In this document: positions 21,175-31,704 of the stretch, one piece after another
How the letters are laid out: every line of letters starts with the position of its first letter
Numbering within the stretch: position 1 is the stretch's first letter
Notes under the pieces: model-generated
What the model saw: only the letters and a program-made list of their open reading frames with translations
The model's database searches: none
What the model was told of the DNA's origin: nothing
Made by a program: the position numbers and the translations under genes
Source of the DNA: Candidatus Bathyarchaeota archaeon
GTDB lineage: Archaea; Thermoproteota; Bathyarchaeia; 40CM-2-53-6
Direction: 5' to 3'
Assembly (NCBI GenBank): GCA_963733055.1
Contig: CAVTBR010000003.1
Location: forward strand, 712,460 to 776,459
DNA length: 64,000 nucleotides

Positions 21175-21618
21175 CTAGAATGGTAGTATCGAGGACCGGG
21201 CACCGCAAGCCTCGCAACGAAGGAACAGGTAACGTCCCTCCTTCTCGACCTTAGTGTCAGGCCTGTTGCAAATCGGGCAGATGACAAACCTCTTTGCATA
21301 TATGTTGAGTAGCCGCGTGACTGTTTGTACGTCGAATCTACCCTGGAAGATTGCTCTGCCGCCATCCAAAGACGCTGCTGTCGCTAACTCTCTAGAGAGG
21401 AACTTCAGCAGGTGATGTGGGTCACGGTTTATTTTGCTACTGATATCGCCAAAATTCTGGAGAATAGTCCTACGTCCCATCCTAATTCCGACAACCCTCG
21501 GAATCTCAAACCTCTCTCCAGTACCCACAGACTTCGGTAGAGTCGAATACGCCCTATCCAGGAGCTTTGCATAATCCGCGCTCATGACTAATTCCTGACG
21601 CCCCTTGTGAAGCGCCAT
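21175..21618 (-). CDS. eif2b: Translation initiation factor aIF-2 beta
   Basis: Y..LLDRAY, RFEIP, CPICNRPDT, CEACGA zinc ribbon. Confidence 0.95.
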   Translation of the reverse strand: MALHKGRQELVMSADYAKLLDRAYSTLPKSVGTGERFEIPRVVGIRMGRRTILQNFGDISSKINRDPHHLLKFLSRELATAASLDGGRAIFQGRFDVQTVTRLLNIYAKRFVICPICNRPDTKVEKEGRYLFLRCEACGARSSILPF

Positions 21619-21777
21619 ATTTCTTGATTCCCCTTAAAGAAAACGTTAATGGGGACACGCGCCAAGGTTGGGAAAGCATTTGGAGGGGCAGATACTAACC
21701 ACAAACAACCCGACGGGCAGTAAAGGCTCAGACCACCTTCCCTGGAATATATCTGCCACGAGTGGAGGCGAGGACTA

Positions 21778-23421
21778 TTGACACGATGGATCATCAATTC
21801 TGCTTGGCCCTACGTTAATTCCGTTCCCCATCTGGGCACATTCATTCATCCACTGTATGCTGATGTGTACGCTAGATACTTGCGCCTCAAAGGTGAGGAC
21901 GTCATAGCGGTCACTGGCTCGGACGAACATGGGACTCCCATCGAAGTTGAAGCCATCAGGAAAGGTGTCCCACCAAAACAATTGACCGATCAAATACACA
22001 ACCAGATCCTCCAATTTCTCGATGCATTCAATATTCGCCTTGACAATTATACACGGACTGAAAATCCCGTTCACATTCGGTATACGCAGGATTTGTACAG
22101 GAAGGCGTACGAGAACGGGTACATATACACTCAGAACGTCAACCTACCGTATTGCCAAACCGACCAAAGATTTCTCCCCGATCGATTCGTGGAAGGAACG
22201 TGCCCTCACTGTGGCTACGAAAACGCAAGAGGAGACCAATGTGACTCATGCGGCCGAGTTTTAGACCCTCTTGAGTTAGTGAAGCCACGATGCGTCTTCT
22301 GCGGTAACACGCCGACGATAAAATCATCAACTCACTGGTTCTTCGACCTACCCAAATTTCGCGACAAACTCTACGCCACAGTCAAGGATAACAAACAGTT
22401 ACCGGAAAACGCACGCAACTTCTCGTTGAGATGGCTCGAGGAGGGTTTGAAACCCCGCTCAGTGACACGGGATAACAAGTGGGGAATCCCAGCCCCCTTC
22501 CCCGGCGCCGAGGGTAAAACGATCTACGTCTGGTTAGAAGCCGTACTAGGCTATGTCTCCGCCGCCATAGAGTGGGCGGAAAAGTCTGGTAAACCCGAAG
22601 CTTGGAAGGACTACTGGTTCTCGCAAGAAACCAGGAATGTCCATTTCATTGGCAAAGATAACATTCCGTTCCACGTGATCATCTTCCCCGCGCTCCTGCT
22701 CGCAACACACGACCCTTACGTCCTACCCTGGCAGGTTTCCTCGACCGAATTCATATTGTTTGATGGAAAGAAGTTCTCCAAAAGCAACAAAATCGGTGTG
22801 TGGATCGACGAGGCTTTGAAAGTCGCGCCCGGTGAGTACTGGCGGTACGTGCTGATTGCAATAAGACCGGAAGCCCGGGACGCGAACTTTACTTGGCATG
22901 AGTTTGAAACGCACGTGAATTCCGAGTTGAATGATGTTCTCGGAAATTTCGTTCACCGAACCCTCACTTTCGTGAATAACCAATTCGAAGGAGTAGTGCC
23001 CGAACCTGGCACATTCGACGAGAAGGATGAGGCGATTAGGAAGGAGATTGAAGAGGCTCCGTCGAAGATCGCGTCACAGCTGGATCACTTCCAGTTGAAG
23101 GGAAGCTTAGCGCAAACAATAGAATTGGCGAGGACGGGGAACCAATACCTCAGCGAACGCGAACCATGGCACCTGATCAAAACAGACCGCACCAAGACCG
23201 CGACCACGCTCTACCTAGCGACTCAACTCGTAGGATCACTTGCAATCCTGATTTCACCGTTCTTACCCGAAACTGCGAAGGGAATTGGCGAACAGCTCAA
23301 TCTAAGTACGAACCTGACAGGTAGCTGGTGGGACGCGGGCAAACTACGCGTCGAGGCGGGGCATAAGATAGGGAAACCCGTCCCCTTATTCCATAAGGTC
23401 AGCGTTTCCAAATCACAATGA
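21778..23421 (+). CDS. metG: Methionine--tRNA ligase (no C-terminal tRNA-binding domain)
   Basis: AWPYVN.VPHLG, GSDEHGTP, zinc knuckles, GKDNIPFH, KFSKS. Confidence 0.97.
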   Translation: MTRWIINSAWPYVNSVPHLGTFIHPLYADVYARYLRLKGEDVIAVTGSDEHGTPIEVEAIRKGVPPKQLTDQIHNQILQFLDAFNIRLDNYTRTENPVHIRYTQDLYRKAYENGYIYTQNVNLPYCQTDQRFLPDRFVEGTCPHCGYENARGDQCDSCGRVLDPLELVKPRCVFCGNTPTIKSSTHWFFDLPKFRDKLYATVKDNKQLPENARNFSLRWLEEGLKPRSVTRDNKWGIPAPFPGAEGKTIYVWLEAVLGYVSAAIEWAEKSGKPEAWKDYWFSQETRNVHFIGKDNIPFHVIIFPALLLATHDPYVLPWQVSSTEFILFDGKKFSKSNKIGVWIDEALKVAPGEYWRYVLIAIRPEARDANFTWHEFETHVNSELNDVLGNFVHRTLTFVNNQFEGVVPEPGTFDEKDEAIRKEIEEAPSKIASQLDHFQLKGSLAQTIELARTGNQYLSEREPWHLIKTDRTKTATTLYLATQLVGSLAILISPFLPETAKGIGEQLNLSTNLTGSWWDAGKLRVEAGHKIGKPVPLFHKVSVSKSQ

Positions 23422-23427
23422 GGTTTC

Positions 23428-24059
23428 TTGATGCCTTTACTTAAGATAGACATGCACGTTCACACAGTTAGATCCCCCGACGCCCACACAAAGCGCGAAG
23501 ACCTACCCGCTATCATCAAGAGTAAAAGGTTAGACGGCGTTGCGGTGACGGAGCATAACGTCTTTGATCCGCCCGCGTTTGACGATGCCCTGATTTTGCC
23601 GGGTGTGGAAATCAGTTCGCGTGATGGGCACATCATTGCTTTGGGCATAAGGGAAATGATACAACCGGGGCTCCCAGCCGACGATACAATTCAAAGAATA
23701 CATGAACAAGACGGCGTGGCCATAGTCCCTCACCCATACGACCCCGTAAGCAAGTGTGTCAAACTCGCCCGTTTGAAGACAAGGCCAGATGCCGTTGAAA
23801 CAGTGAACGCCGATGCCCTCTCGTTCTATCTTTCAAACTGGCTTGCGGAAGAGACTCCGTCAGATTCAAGGTTCCCCAGGTTGGAAGCAGCGATTCCCAT
23901 ATTCCCCAAACCATCGGAGACGCCTACACCATAGTCGATGCCAAATCCAGAGACCTCAAAGACATACTTGACGGGATAAGATCTGGCAAAGTTAGGGCAG
24001 AAGGACACGCTACTTCTATCAGGAACAAGATGCGAAAGCTAAGCTACAAATTCCGCTAA
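23428..24059 (+). CDS. PHP-domain phosphoesterase (frameshift near 23860)
   Basis: DMHVHT..SPD, TEHN, PHPY; GSSDSH continues in a shifted frame to TAA at 24057-24059. Confidence 0.8.
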
Positions 24060-24232
24060 TCCATATCCTCAATCTGGTCCAGACCCAGGTCGATGTCTAT
24101 TCTTTCATCTTCTCCAGCCTCAAGTTCCATCTCCCATAACTCAAAATGCAATTTCCTTCGCGGCCGAGGTTGAACCTGTTGAATTCTCTCACTCAGGCGA
24201 TTCGCCGTGTGGCTGTCGAGTTTCAAGTACAC
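24056..24232 (-). CDS. Small hypothetical protein with acidic C-terminus (58 aa)
   Basis: Manual ORF GTG-YLKLDSHTANRLSERIQ...EDERIDIDLGLDQIEDMD; fills the intergenic gap; below the track cutoff. Confidence 0.35.
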   Translation of the reverse strand: MYLKLDSHTANRLSERIQQVQPRPRRKLHFELWEMELEAGEDERIDIDLGLDQIEDMD

Positions 24233-24443
24233 ACCTTCGCCTCTCGAGTTCTATTCTGAACTCGGACGTCATCGAGACATATTTGCGAGGAGGCGCCTCA
24301 TTGCGGTTGCACACGCTGAGTAAAGAGTAGAATGAGCAGTTTCCCAAGCTCATAGGTGTGTTATCTGTCGAAGAAATAGCGAAAGCACACTGAACGCTGG
24401 GAGGCTAATTGCAATACGAGTGACTAATTGCGCTAGGCGCTAA

Positions 24444-24731
24444 CTAGCCTCCGCCAACCGGTGGGATTATCGCCAAGACGCAACCATCAGTTAACACCGT
24501 TGAGGGGCCGCTGAGCGCGGAAATTGGCTTGTCGCCCACTAGAATCTGAATGGAGCGTCGCAAATCATCGCCTTTAGAATCGTAGATATACTCTCTGAAT
24601 TGCTTGCCATGCATCTTGACCAGTAGATCGAGCAGATTCTGCACCGTGCCACCCTGGGGTAGGTCTAGCGTCTCCTCACGCAACCCGACCAACTCCCTGA
24701 CGGTAGCGAAAAATCGCACACTCACCTTCAA
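24444..24731 (-). CDS. MoaD/SAMP ubiquitin-like sulfur carrier
   Basis: V.VRFFATVRE...PPVGGG C-terminus. Confidence 0.9.
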   Translation of the reverse strand: MKVSVRFFATVRELVGLREETLDLPQGGTVQNLLDLLVKMHGKQFREYIYDSKGDDLRRSIQILVGDKPISALSGPSTVLTDGCVLAIIPPVGGG

Positions 24732-24766
24732 ACCGAACTCCAGCCTCCCTTCCGCTAAGCAAGTGT

Positions 24767-26263
24767 CTATTCTGTCGCGTGCGCCGCCCACGTTAACTCC
24801 ATCGTCTTTGGTCGATTCGCCTTCGCTTCATCAATTCTCGTGACGCTGGCTGCGTGTGGGCTAGTTTTCGGTTGATCGGAGTTTGAGTACGCTTCTGCGC
24901 TTATCTTCTCGAACGCGGATATCATCACGTCGAGTTCTAACTTACTCACGGTTTCAGTCGGTTCAGCCATCATCGCCTCTTCCACGATAAGGGGGAAATA
25001 GACGGTGGGAGGGTGAATGCCGAAGTCGAGGAGTCTCTTCCCGACAAGTAAAGCTGTCACTCCCGTATCTTTTGCAAGCCCCGAAGCCGATAGCACGAAT
25101 TCATGCTTCCTCGGAATGCCCTCTGCATATGGCAACGAGAAACCTTTGATCTTTCGAAGTTTCTGAGCCATGTAGTTGGCGTTAAGAACGGCCGTCTCGG
25201 AGGCGGTCACTAACCCTTCTTTACCATGCAAGAGAATGTAAGCATAGGCACGGAGGACTACGGCGGCGCTTCCATGGTATGCCCTCACCTTTCCGATGCT
25301 CTTCGGTCTGTTGTAATCTAGATAGTACTTCGAGCCGTCGAATTCGACTGTGGGCACTGGCAGGTAATCCGCGAGACTGCTCATCACTCCGATCGGACCG
25401 GCACCTGGACCGCCTCCACCATGAGGAGTAGCAAACGTCTTGTGAAGGTTAAGGTGGACGATGTCGAAACCCATGTCCCCTGGTTTCGCTTTGCCCATGA
25501 TGGCGTTTAGGTTAGCACCATCGTAGTACAAGAGTCCGCCCGCCTCGTGAACGATACGAGTTATTTCGAGGATTTCGCGTTCGAAAATGCCGAGCGTGTT
25601 TGGGTTGGTTATCATCAGGCCCGCCGTCTTGGGTCCGACCGCCCCTTTCAAGGCCTCAGTATCGACGCAACCACTGGAGTTGGAAGATACTTCCACGACC
25701 TTGTAACCAGCCATGGCTGCGCTTGCTGGATTAGTTCCGTGCGCGGAATCCGGGACAATTATCTCATCACGGCCCAGATCTTTCCTGTCGCGGTGGTAGG
25801 CTCTCATCAGCATTAGACCCGTGTACTCTCCGTGAGCGCCAGCGGCGGGCTGCAGCGTCATCTTCTGCACCCCGACGATCTTAGAGAGGGAATCCGCCGC
25901 CTCGTACAGAAGCTGGAGTATACCCTGAACGGTCCTCTGATCCTGGTACGGATGAAGCTCCTGGATCTTATGGGACGCAGCGAGAAGATCACAAATCTTC
26001 GGATTATACTTCATCGTGCAGCTTCCAAGTGGGTACAACCCAAGATCGACGCCGAAATTCTCCTGAGAAAGTCGGGTGTAATGACGAATTACATCAACCT
26101 CAGAAAGCTCCGGAAGAGAAGGCGGATTCGAGCGTCTCAGCTTTTTCGGGATGGTGGCTAGTGCTGGTGATGGGTCTGAGGATTGTTTGTGGAAACCGAT
26201 TTGCCCGTGCCCTGATAGTGATTTGATTGGCGGTTCGTCCCATCGGGCTTGAGAGTACACCAT
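24767..26263 (-). CDS. gcvPB: Glycine dehydrogenase subunit 2
   Basis: PLGSCTMKYNP, HGTNPASA, NLHKTFATPHGGGGPG. Confidence 0.96.
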   Translation of the reverse strand: MVYSQARWDEPPIKSLSGHGQIGFHKQSSDPSPALATIPKKLRRSNPPSLPELSEVDVIRHYTRLSQENFGVDLGLYPLGSCTMKYNPKICDLLAASHKIQELHPYQDQRTVQGILQLLYEAADSLSKIVGVQKMTLQPAAGAHGEYTGLMLMRAYHRDRKDLGRDEIIVPDSAHGTNPASAAMAGYKVVEVSSNSSGCVDTEALKGAVGPKTAGLMITNPNTLGIFEREILEITRIVHEAGGLLYYDGANLNAIMGKAKPGDMGFDIVHLNLHKTFATPHGGGGPGAGPIGVMSSLADYLPVPTVEFDGSKYYLDYNRPKSIGKVRAYHGSAAVVLRAYAYILLHGKEGLVTASETAVLNANYMAQKLRKIKGFSLPYAEGIPRKHEFVLSASGLAKDTGVTALLVGKRLLDFGIHPPTVYFPLIVEEAMMAEPTETVSKLELDVMISAFEKISAEAYSNSDQPKTSPHAASVTRIDEAKANRPKTMELTWAAHATE

Positions 26264-26268
26264 CTAAT

Positions 26269-27669
26269 TCAGCTCCCCAAAATGACGCGAAGCTCATCAG
26301 CGAGCATGTCGATATCGCGGTGTGTGTGAACCTCTGTGAAGCAGTAGAGTGCGGTCTGCCCCAGTTCGGGGAAGCGTGTGCTCAGGTCAAGTCCACCTTG
26401 AATTCCGGCAGTTAAGAGAGCGTCATTTATCTCCGAAACTCTTTTCCCCGTATTCCCAAACTTCACGGTGAATTCCATGTAATGAAATGCCTTGAATGCC
26501 GGTGCCTTTACCCCCGGCAGCTTTCCAATCTGCTCGATTGCATAGTTTGTCCTATCAAGAATTGTTGCGCTGAGATCTGTGATTCCTTCGGGGCCGAGCA
26601 TGGACAAGTACATGGCTGCGGCGAGGGCGAGTAACGCTTCGTTCGTGCAGATGTTCGAAGTTGCCTTTCCTCGCCTGATGTGCTGCTCTCGGGTCTGTAG
26701 CGCCATACAGTACGCGTCCTGTTTACCGTCTTGAGTTGTAGTTCTCCCGATGATGCGTCCCGGCATCTGCCTGAGCAACCCCTGGCCCTTGCAGGCAAAG
26801 ATGCCGAGCAGAGGTCCACCGAAGTTCATGTGATTCCCGAGGGGCTGTCCCTCTCCGACACAGATATCGGCGCCCAACTCTCCGGGCGGTTTGAGCGCGC
26901 CTAGTGAGATTGGTTCGCATCCAATTACAAATAGCGCGCCTTGATCACGGGTCAGCTGGGCGATCTCGTCGCAGGATTCTTCTACGAAGCCTAGAAAGGA
27001 TGGAAACTCGACGTAAACCCCAGCGGTTCGGTTTGAGAGTCTCCGTCTTAGCTCAGAGAGGTCAACATTACCCGTCTCAAGATCTTGCGGCACTTCGACA
27101 ATCTTGATGTCCGCAGGGTCGCAGAAGGTTTTCAGTGTCTGTAAGCGCTCCGGGTGGATAAAGTGTGGAACAATGAATTCGTCTCGGCCGGTTGCGCGTG
27201 ATGTCATCCGCGCGGCTTCACCTAAAGCCGTCGACCAATCGTAAAGGGAACTGTTCGCGTAGTCCATTGCGGTGAGATCGCAGATTAGGCTCTGGTATTC
27301 GAACAGGGATTGGAGCATCCCCTGAGAGATCTCAGGTTGGTAGGGAGTGTAGGAGGTTAGAAATTCTCCACGACTGATGACCGCGTCAATTGCGGCAGGC
27401 ACGTGATGGGGCCAAACCCCTGCACCTAAGAATGATAGAATGTCACGCGTCGATTGATTCTTGGACAACAAGCCTTCAACGTACCGTCTTGTTTCAATCT
27501 CAGAAAGCTTCGACATGATTGGCAGTTCTGCTTTGGATCTCAATTGAGTTGGAATATCGTTGAAGAGCCCGTCTATGGATTTCACACCAATATCGGCGAG
27601 CATCTTTCTCTGTATCTCTCGATCACTATTGGGCATGTATGGATGAACTTGCGACACTTTGACAACCAC
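26269..27669 (-). CDS. gcvPA: Glycine dehydrogenase subunit 1
   Basis: YTPYQPEISQG, TREQHIRRGKATSNICTN. Confidence 0.96.
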   Translation of the reverse strand: MVVKVSQVHPYMPNSDREIQRKMLADIGVKSIDGLFNDIPTQLRSKAELPIMSKLSEIETRRYVEGLLSKNQSTRDILSFLGAGVWPHHVPAAIDAVISRGEFLTSYTPYQPEISQGMLQSLFEYQSLICDLTAMDYANSSLYDWSTALGEAARMTSRATGRDEFIVPHFIHPERLQTLKTFCDPADIKIVEVPQDLETGNVDLSELRRRLSNRTAGVYVEFPSFLGFVEESCDEIAQLTRDQGALFVIGCEPISLGALKPPGELGADICVGEGQPLGNHMNFGGPLLGIFACKGQGLLRQMPGRIIGRTTTQDGKQDAYCMALQTREQHIRRGKATSNICTNEALLALAAAMYLSMLGPEGITDLSATILDRTNYAIEQIGKLPGVKAPAFKAFHYMEFTVKFGNTGKRVSEINDALLTAGIQGGLDLSTRFPELGQTALYCFTEVHTHRDIDMLADELRVILGS

Positions 27670-27772
27670 TCAAGGACCTTTACGAAATCGGTTCATATTA
27701 TTTGATTGTGGTCACCTCTCGAAAACAATCACCGCCCCATTTGCCAACAAATCCATTTAGCCCGCGTGTGTC

Positions 27773-28558
27773 ATGGTAGCATCGGACCGAAGTTCCTTGA
27801 GTTCAAGAAGAAGCGCCCCAACTGCGGCGAAGAAGCGCTTGCTAGGACGTGGCACCTACGTTGAGAAAGGCGCTCAATTGCTTGGCAATGTGCAGATCGG
27901 GGAAGGCGTGTACGTCGATGCAAACGCGGTCCTCTACGGCCCGATAACGGTCGGAAAGCATAGTTACATTGGACCAAATTGCGTGATAGGATTTCCAGCC
28001 TCTACCGAGCTCAACCAAATGACGCGGTCCCGCAAGATCGAATCAAAGAAACCGACCTTGCTCGGGGAGAATTGCACGGTGCGATCAGGAACCACCATCT
28101 ATTCCGACGTAACCGTAGGGGACAACGTGTCCTTCGGCCACAACGCAATGGTAAGGGAGAACGTCACCATTGGTGGCATGTCGAAGCTTGGCACTAACGT
28201 CGTTGTTGACGGAAGTTCGAGGATTGGCAGTCGAGTTTCAATTCAGACGGGGGTCTATGTCTGCACCTACTCAACAATCGAAGATGGTGTATTCCTCGGC
28301 CCATGTTGCGTTTTCACGAACGACAAATTCGTCACACAGAAACCCTACAAGTTGATCGGTCCCACTGTGAAGAAAGGGGCAAGTATTGGTGCGAATGCGC
28401 TCCTATTCCCAGGAGTAGTCATTGGAGAAGGAGCGGTGGTAGGTTCGCAGGCCATGGTAAACACCGACGTTCCCCCTCGAACCGTCTTTGTGGGAATCCC
28501 CGCGAGGAAAATCAGAGATTTACCCGACGATTGGCACACATCTCTCTTGCAGGATTGA
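27773..28558 (+). CDS. Hexapeptide-repeat (left-handed beta-helix) N-acyltransferase
   Basis: Repeated [IV]Gxxxx hexapeptides, FTND, GASIGANA, GIPAR. Confidence 0.88.
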   Translation: MVASDRSSLSSRRSAPTAAKKRLLGRGTYVEKGAQLLGNVQIGEGVYVDANAVLYGPITVGKHSYIGPNCVIGFPASTELNQMTRSRKIESKKPTLLGENCTVRSGTTIYSDVTVGDNVSFGHNAMVRENVTIGGMSKLGTNVVVDGSSRIGSRVSIQTGVYVCTYSTIEDGVFLGPCCVFTNDKFVTQKPYKLIGPTVKKGASIGANALLFPGVVIGEGAVVGSQAMVNTDVPPRTVFVGIPARKIRDLPDDWHTSLLQD

Positions 28559-28653
28559 ACTTCGAGAGTCAGCAGAATGAATAAATAGCGAACGTCCCAA
28601 TCACGGCGATGTTCAGTTAACATTACCCCGATGAAAGCGAGGCTAAGCTGAGG

Positions 28654-30373
28654 TTGAATTCGAAGTTCATAGTACTTACCTTACTCTTGGTGCTCGCGTT
28701 CATCGCTGCCGTTCCAACCCATGCCCAAAGTGCACCGGCTCAATTGACGATAGATATTTCCAGACTAGCGGCCATCGGACAATATGGCGTTGTACATATT
28801 CTCGATAACTTCACTGTCCGGAACACCGGGGGGTCAACCGCCTCATACCTAGATTTTGGTGTGCCCGCCTCTTACAGGGCCGACTTATTCTATGTTGACG
28901 CGACAGATAGCCAAGGAAAAACACTCGTCTTGGATACGAATGTGAACGGGACGGCCGGTTTCTATTGGATGCGAGTTCACTTCGCTAACCAACTCCCCGG
29001 CAACTCGACATATCGATTCACAGTGGTCTCCATCCTGGGTCACATCATCACAACCGCCCCGAACGGACTTTTGTACAATTTCACAGCCGCCCCAGTGCTT
29101 ACGCAGGACGTGAGGCAAGCCAATGTCACGCTACTTGGAGCGGTTGGGTCAAGTTTTGCGGTCGCCCAAAATTCAACCTACAAGCAGGTCAATGTCGCGG
29201 GACAACCCGCCCTGGTAAAAGACTACCAGCCTTGGAAGGCGTACTCTACGGATACATTCGTCGGGCCTTACCTCACGGTTAGCCAATATCTTCTAGACAT
29301 CTATTCTGCAGAGCGGGACATCATAATAGGCAATTCAGGCACTCTGAGTATTCGCGACACGTACAACCTCCATAACTACGCGATCCCGATCACCAGCCTA
29401 ACGATCACACTTCCTGACGGCGCGACTAACGTTATGGCGCATGACCTTGTTGGTTCAATGTGGACGACCCCCGAGAACCCAAGCGCACCATACCAAGTAA
29501 GCGTGGCTCCTAGATACGGCGAGGGAATTAGGGGAAATGAGAACTTCACATTCAGCCTCACTTACGACCTCCCCCAATCCCAATACCTCAAACAAGTGAG
29601 CTGGTGGGGGAACTACAATCTCACAGTCCCTATGCTGAACAACCGCGAGGATTTCATATTTGACAATGCTACGGTCAAGATCATCACGCCGAGTGGCGTA
29701 AAGATCGATAACGTCGTCCTTCCTTCCTCGAACCCAATCTCGCCAGCACCCCAATACGATCCTGTGCAAAGTCGAATCCAAATTCTAGGAGTAACCGTCT
29801 CGACCAACGTAACGCTCGGCGTCTTCTTCAGATACATCCCCTTCTGGGCTGCATTCGATTATTTGCCTTGGTTATTGGGTCTCGAAGTGGCATTTGCCGC
29901 AGTAGTTCTAACGGTCAGAGCCAGACGAGGACCGGAACTTGCGATCCCCATCCCTGTCGAGAAACTCAGAGAGTTCGTGGGCTTGTACGATGAGAGGATT
30001 TCGCTCTCGAAGAGAGCTCGTTTCGATGGAAGAGGAGGTCGCGAGGGGCGGAATGGTCAAGCATGAGTTCAGAAGGAGAACGAAAGTGATGGAATTGAGG
30101 CTTGATGAAATCAACAAGTCGCTCATGGCGGTTAAGGCGGAGATCAGGGCGATCAGCCAACACTATGACGAATTGATCCGACGGATAGACAGGGCTGAAG
30201 CCGAGATTCAAGTCTCTAGAAGCAGCTTGAACCAAGTGAGAGGTCAATACCGATCAGGAAAAACGACGAGGGAAACTTACGATGCGATGGTCAACGAACT
30301 CACCAAGCGCATTGATCGAGCCGAGGGAACGGTCGAAACGATTTTGATCACCCTCAGAGAAGAAGCCCGCTAA
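28654..30373 (+). CDS. Ribophorin I (OST1/RPN1)-like membrane protein (frameshift near 30010)
   Basis: Signal peptide; two repeats of R...I...G.V.I.D.(F/Y).(V/L).N; PRY...F...Y..P; one TM; cytosolic coiled coil continues in ORF 29939-30373. Confidence 0.7.
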
Positions 30374-30436
30374 ACCTAAAGCCTGACTTGTTCCACAGGT
30401 TCTTTAGCCCGCGTCGACGCCAATGGAATCCATCTC

Positions 30437-31699
30437 GTGTCCCAGATGTCCAACCAGGTCACAGTCTCGAAACTTCAAGATTGGCTGAGGAATTCCTTAG
30501 GCTCGAACCTCTCCCAAGCGGAAAGAGAACGGGACAAACTCATTTCGGAGATTAACCGAGGAGTTGATTCCCTCAGACAGTCCTGCGGCCAACTCACACG
30601 AAAAGCCGAGCAAGACATGGAAACCAAGAGGGACAATAGAGCACAATATAGGGCTTCGAAAGCAGTAGCGAGGCTCACGAGCATCATACCTGACATGTGC
30701 AAAGACTTCAACATCCCGACCGTAAAGGACTCAATGAGCTTGAGAAACCTACAACGGGACACATCAAAGATAGCATCGGAAGCCGCTCGAACCAGAGAGG
30801 AATGGTTACGACAAATCAGACCCTACTACATCCTAGACATGATGACGTTGGGCGGCAATATTGACAAACTCCGGAGGCTCAGCGACGAACTCCACAATTT
30901 TCTCATGGGCCGCGGCGCGCTCCTTCGCTCGCTTGAGGATATTCGAGAGAAAAGCGACTCTTTGAGCAAATTACAAGCATCCGAAGAGCTAGCCGTGTCT
31001 CAGAGAAAATCCCTAGAGGACAGGCTGAAGGAAACGGACCAATTAGACGAATCGTTGAGGCTTCAAGCTGAAACGGTTCGAGGAAACCCAAAGGTCACGA
31101 AGTTTCTTGAAATCGATTCGGAATTGAGAAGGCTGAGAGGGGAATTGATTAGAACTGGCTTCAGTAGGCTCGGCCGACCGCTGAAGAAACTCACGTCAAT
31201 TTCGGAACGCGGAGATTACCCGCTTCCAGTCGAAGTTCGCGAAAGCGCAAAAGAGTACATCAAGAAACCCTTCACAACCTTCCTCGCAGAACCAGAAGGG
31301 TATCCTCGTTTGAAATCGGTAATGTCAGCCTTGTCCGGCGCAGTCTCTTCGGGCAAACTTGCACTGAAGCAACGCGAAGCGAAGAAAGTCATAGAACGAT
31401 CCGAACAGGTCACCTCCGAAAACTCATTGTCGAACCTTCATGAAAGTGCGAGGAAGGCCAAATTGACCTACGACCAAATACTCTCCGATCAGGAAACGAA
31501 GGCGTTAGTGACAGAGCTCAAGGATCTACGCAGGAAGGGGAAGGAAAACCGCGCTGCGCAAGACGAATTAAAAGCGGAACTGGAACGAGCAATCCAAAAC
31601 GAGGATCATTCACGTGAGCAAATCATCTCGCTCTTACACGAAATAGAAGGCTTTGTTCGTAAACTTGTCGGCACCGATTTGAAGCTTCAACTCGAATAG
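30437..31699 (+). CDS. Hypothetical coiled-coil protein
   Basis: 420-aa ORF rich in L/E/K/R heptads; no recognised motif. Confidence 0.7.
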   Translation: MSQMSNQVTVSKLQDWLRNSLGSNLSQAERERDKLISEINRGVDSLRQSCGQLTRKAEQDMETKRDNRAQYRASKAVARLTSIIPDMCKDFNIPTVKDSMSLRNLQRDTSKIASEAARTREEWLRQIRPYYILDMMTLGGNIDKLRRLSDELHNFLMGRGALLRSLEDIREKSDSLSKLQASEELAVSQRKSLEDRLKETDQLDESLRLQAETVRGNPKVTKFLEIDSELRRLRGELIRTGFSRLGRPLKKLTSISERGDYPLPVEVRESAKEYIKKPFTTFLAEPEGYPRLKSVMSALSGAVSSGKLALKQREAKKVIERSEQVTSENSLSNLHESARKAKLTYDQILSDQETKALVTELKDLRRKGKENRAAQDELKAELERAIQNEDHSREQIISLLHEIEGFVRKLVGTDLKLQLE

Positions 31700-31704
31700 C
31701 GATA

